In this document: positions 62,443 through 64,000 of the stretch, one piece after another | Layout of the letters: each line of letters starts with the position of its first letter | Position numbering within the stretch: the stretch's first letter is position 1 | The notes under the pieces: generated by a model | Told to the model about the DNA's origin: nothing | Database searches by the model: none | What the model saw: only the letters and a program-made list of their open reading frames with translations | Made by a program: the position numbers and the translations under genes | Assembly (NCBI RefSeq): GCF_964355755.1 | Contig: NC_092678.1 | Location: forward strand, 2,434,422-2,498,421 | Reading direction: 5' to 3' | From: Antedon mediterranea | Taxonomy: Eukaryota > Animalia > Echinodermata | DNA: 64,000 nt

Positions 62443-64000
62443 TGGTTACATTCCATCTTTCTGTTTAAAAGACTTTTGAGCATAAAAACCAGCATTATAG
62501 TACAGTATAATATCCATGAAAAGTATTCATGATCGATACAGCATGACTATGAAATAACATCTCAATAACTATGCATAATAATTCATATTCTAGCTGCAGG
62601 CAAGGGTTCCGTTTTTAATATGCTCTTCGGCAATCTAAGACATCGAAGGGTTGTTTTGAGAAATAATTGAAAATAAACGAGAATTGCAGACGTAATAATA
62701 TATGTAGAGCATTTTGCATGTATTCTATTCTTTGAAAGGTTTCAGGCGATTATATTTATATTTATATTCATTACTTTTTTACAGAAAAATATGTAAAATT
62801 TGATAAATAACTTTGTCAAAATATTATATTATATAAGTTGATAATTACTGTATTTCATTACCAAATTAATTCCATTTCATACAATGTTCTTTTTTTTCTT
62901 TTAATGAATTAATATTTTTATAAATTGGTTTTCAATTTTATTTTTCACTTTTCATTTATTAAAAAATAAAGCAAACTAATTTGCAGAAAATTAAGTAAAA
63001 ATTTGAAGGAAAGTTAAAATTGTATTCAATTTGGTTTGGATCCTTCATTGTGGTAAACAAAGTTATTTTCATTTCATAATCCTATAGTATATTAGGATTA
63101 TTATTAAAACAGTATAATGTTACTTTGTGTTAACATTAATTTATTTTTAGTGATGACATTTGTAAAGTATTTTCTTAGAAATTAGACAGGACATTAAATC
63201 TTAAAGCGTTGAGCATACTGACCTACTTTAGTGTTAATGTCTGTAGATCTCATGTATTAGTTGGTCACTATCCTTTGTTGTATGTATAAATATAATTTAT
63301 GCAATGAAATTGCTTTTAATATTTGAAGCATTGTATACAGTAGGAATAATAATATAATAATAATGATATATTCATTCTTTAATAATTAATTCTGTTTTAT
63401 GCATACTCTGGAAGCACTATGTTGTGTGTGCACACACCATTAATATTAAATCTACATCCCAAGATGGTAGAGAATTCAAATTTGAGAGTTGAATCAAGAT
63501 GAAATTGAATTATTCTGGGTCATATTTTAATGATCATTGAATAATTAATACATTAATTAATTCTGAAGTATTATTTAAAATAATTAGATTGTTACTTCTT
63601 ACACCATGCAATTTGTAGACAGATCCATTAAAGAACAGCTCAGATACAAAATAACAATATTATACCTTTTTTAAAAACACCATCTACACTGACAATTGTC
63701 TCGCATGCTATCTGCCAACTACAGTATGCCTGTCATAACATTACCAACATGTCCCAAAGCTCTGTAGATCGAAGGGTTTACCTGTGGCTGTGACATGATC
63801 AGTTCCACATGCCGCGGAGAATGTGTACATAGTACAGTACTGCTGGTATTTGTCGCAGCCAGGCATAAGATCAAAGGACTGTTATGAGTTCCTATATTGG
63901 CAAGGGGAACTCAGTGTCCTGATGATAGATTGTCTTGCATATACTAAATAGAGGTATCTCTAAAACACATTAGTATTAAGATACAGTAGTATATCAATGA

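Overview
AT-rich, intron-rich animal genomic DNA. The repeat types, the TAGGCCTA-rich first introns and the DeuSINE suggest an invertebrate deuterostome such as an echinoderm (inference only). I reconstructed four protein-coding genes by hand from GT-AG boundaries and reading phase. (1) An AHCYL1/2 (IRBIT-type) adenosylhomocysteinase-like gene on the minus strand, 21838 to <211, whose 3' end runs out of the window; it has at least two and possibly up to five alternative first coding exons. (2) A complete, divergent plexin on the minus strand (36 coding exons, about 1820 aa, 49676-25242) with a furin RRKR site and no C-terminal PDZ motif. (3) An intronless 525-aa receptor with three Ig domains, one TM helix and an ITIM/ITSM-like tyrosine tail (minus, 52598-51021). 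(4) The first coding exon of a CaMKI gene on the plus strand (54045-54112), whose first intron fills the rest of the window. Non-coding DNA holds several MITE families, hAT-like elements, a Helentron-type non-autonomous element, tRNA-derived SINEs including a Deu-domain SINE, truncated LINEs and many minisatellites. No prokaryotic features, CRISPR arrays, rRNA or intact tRNA genes were found.
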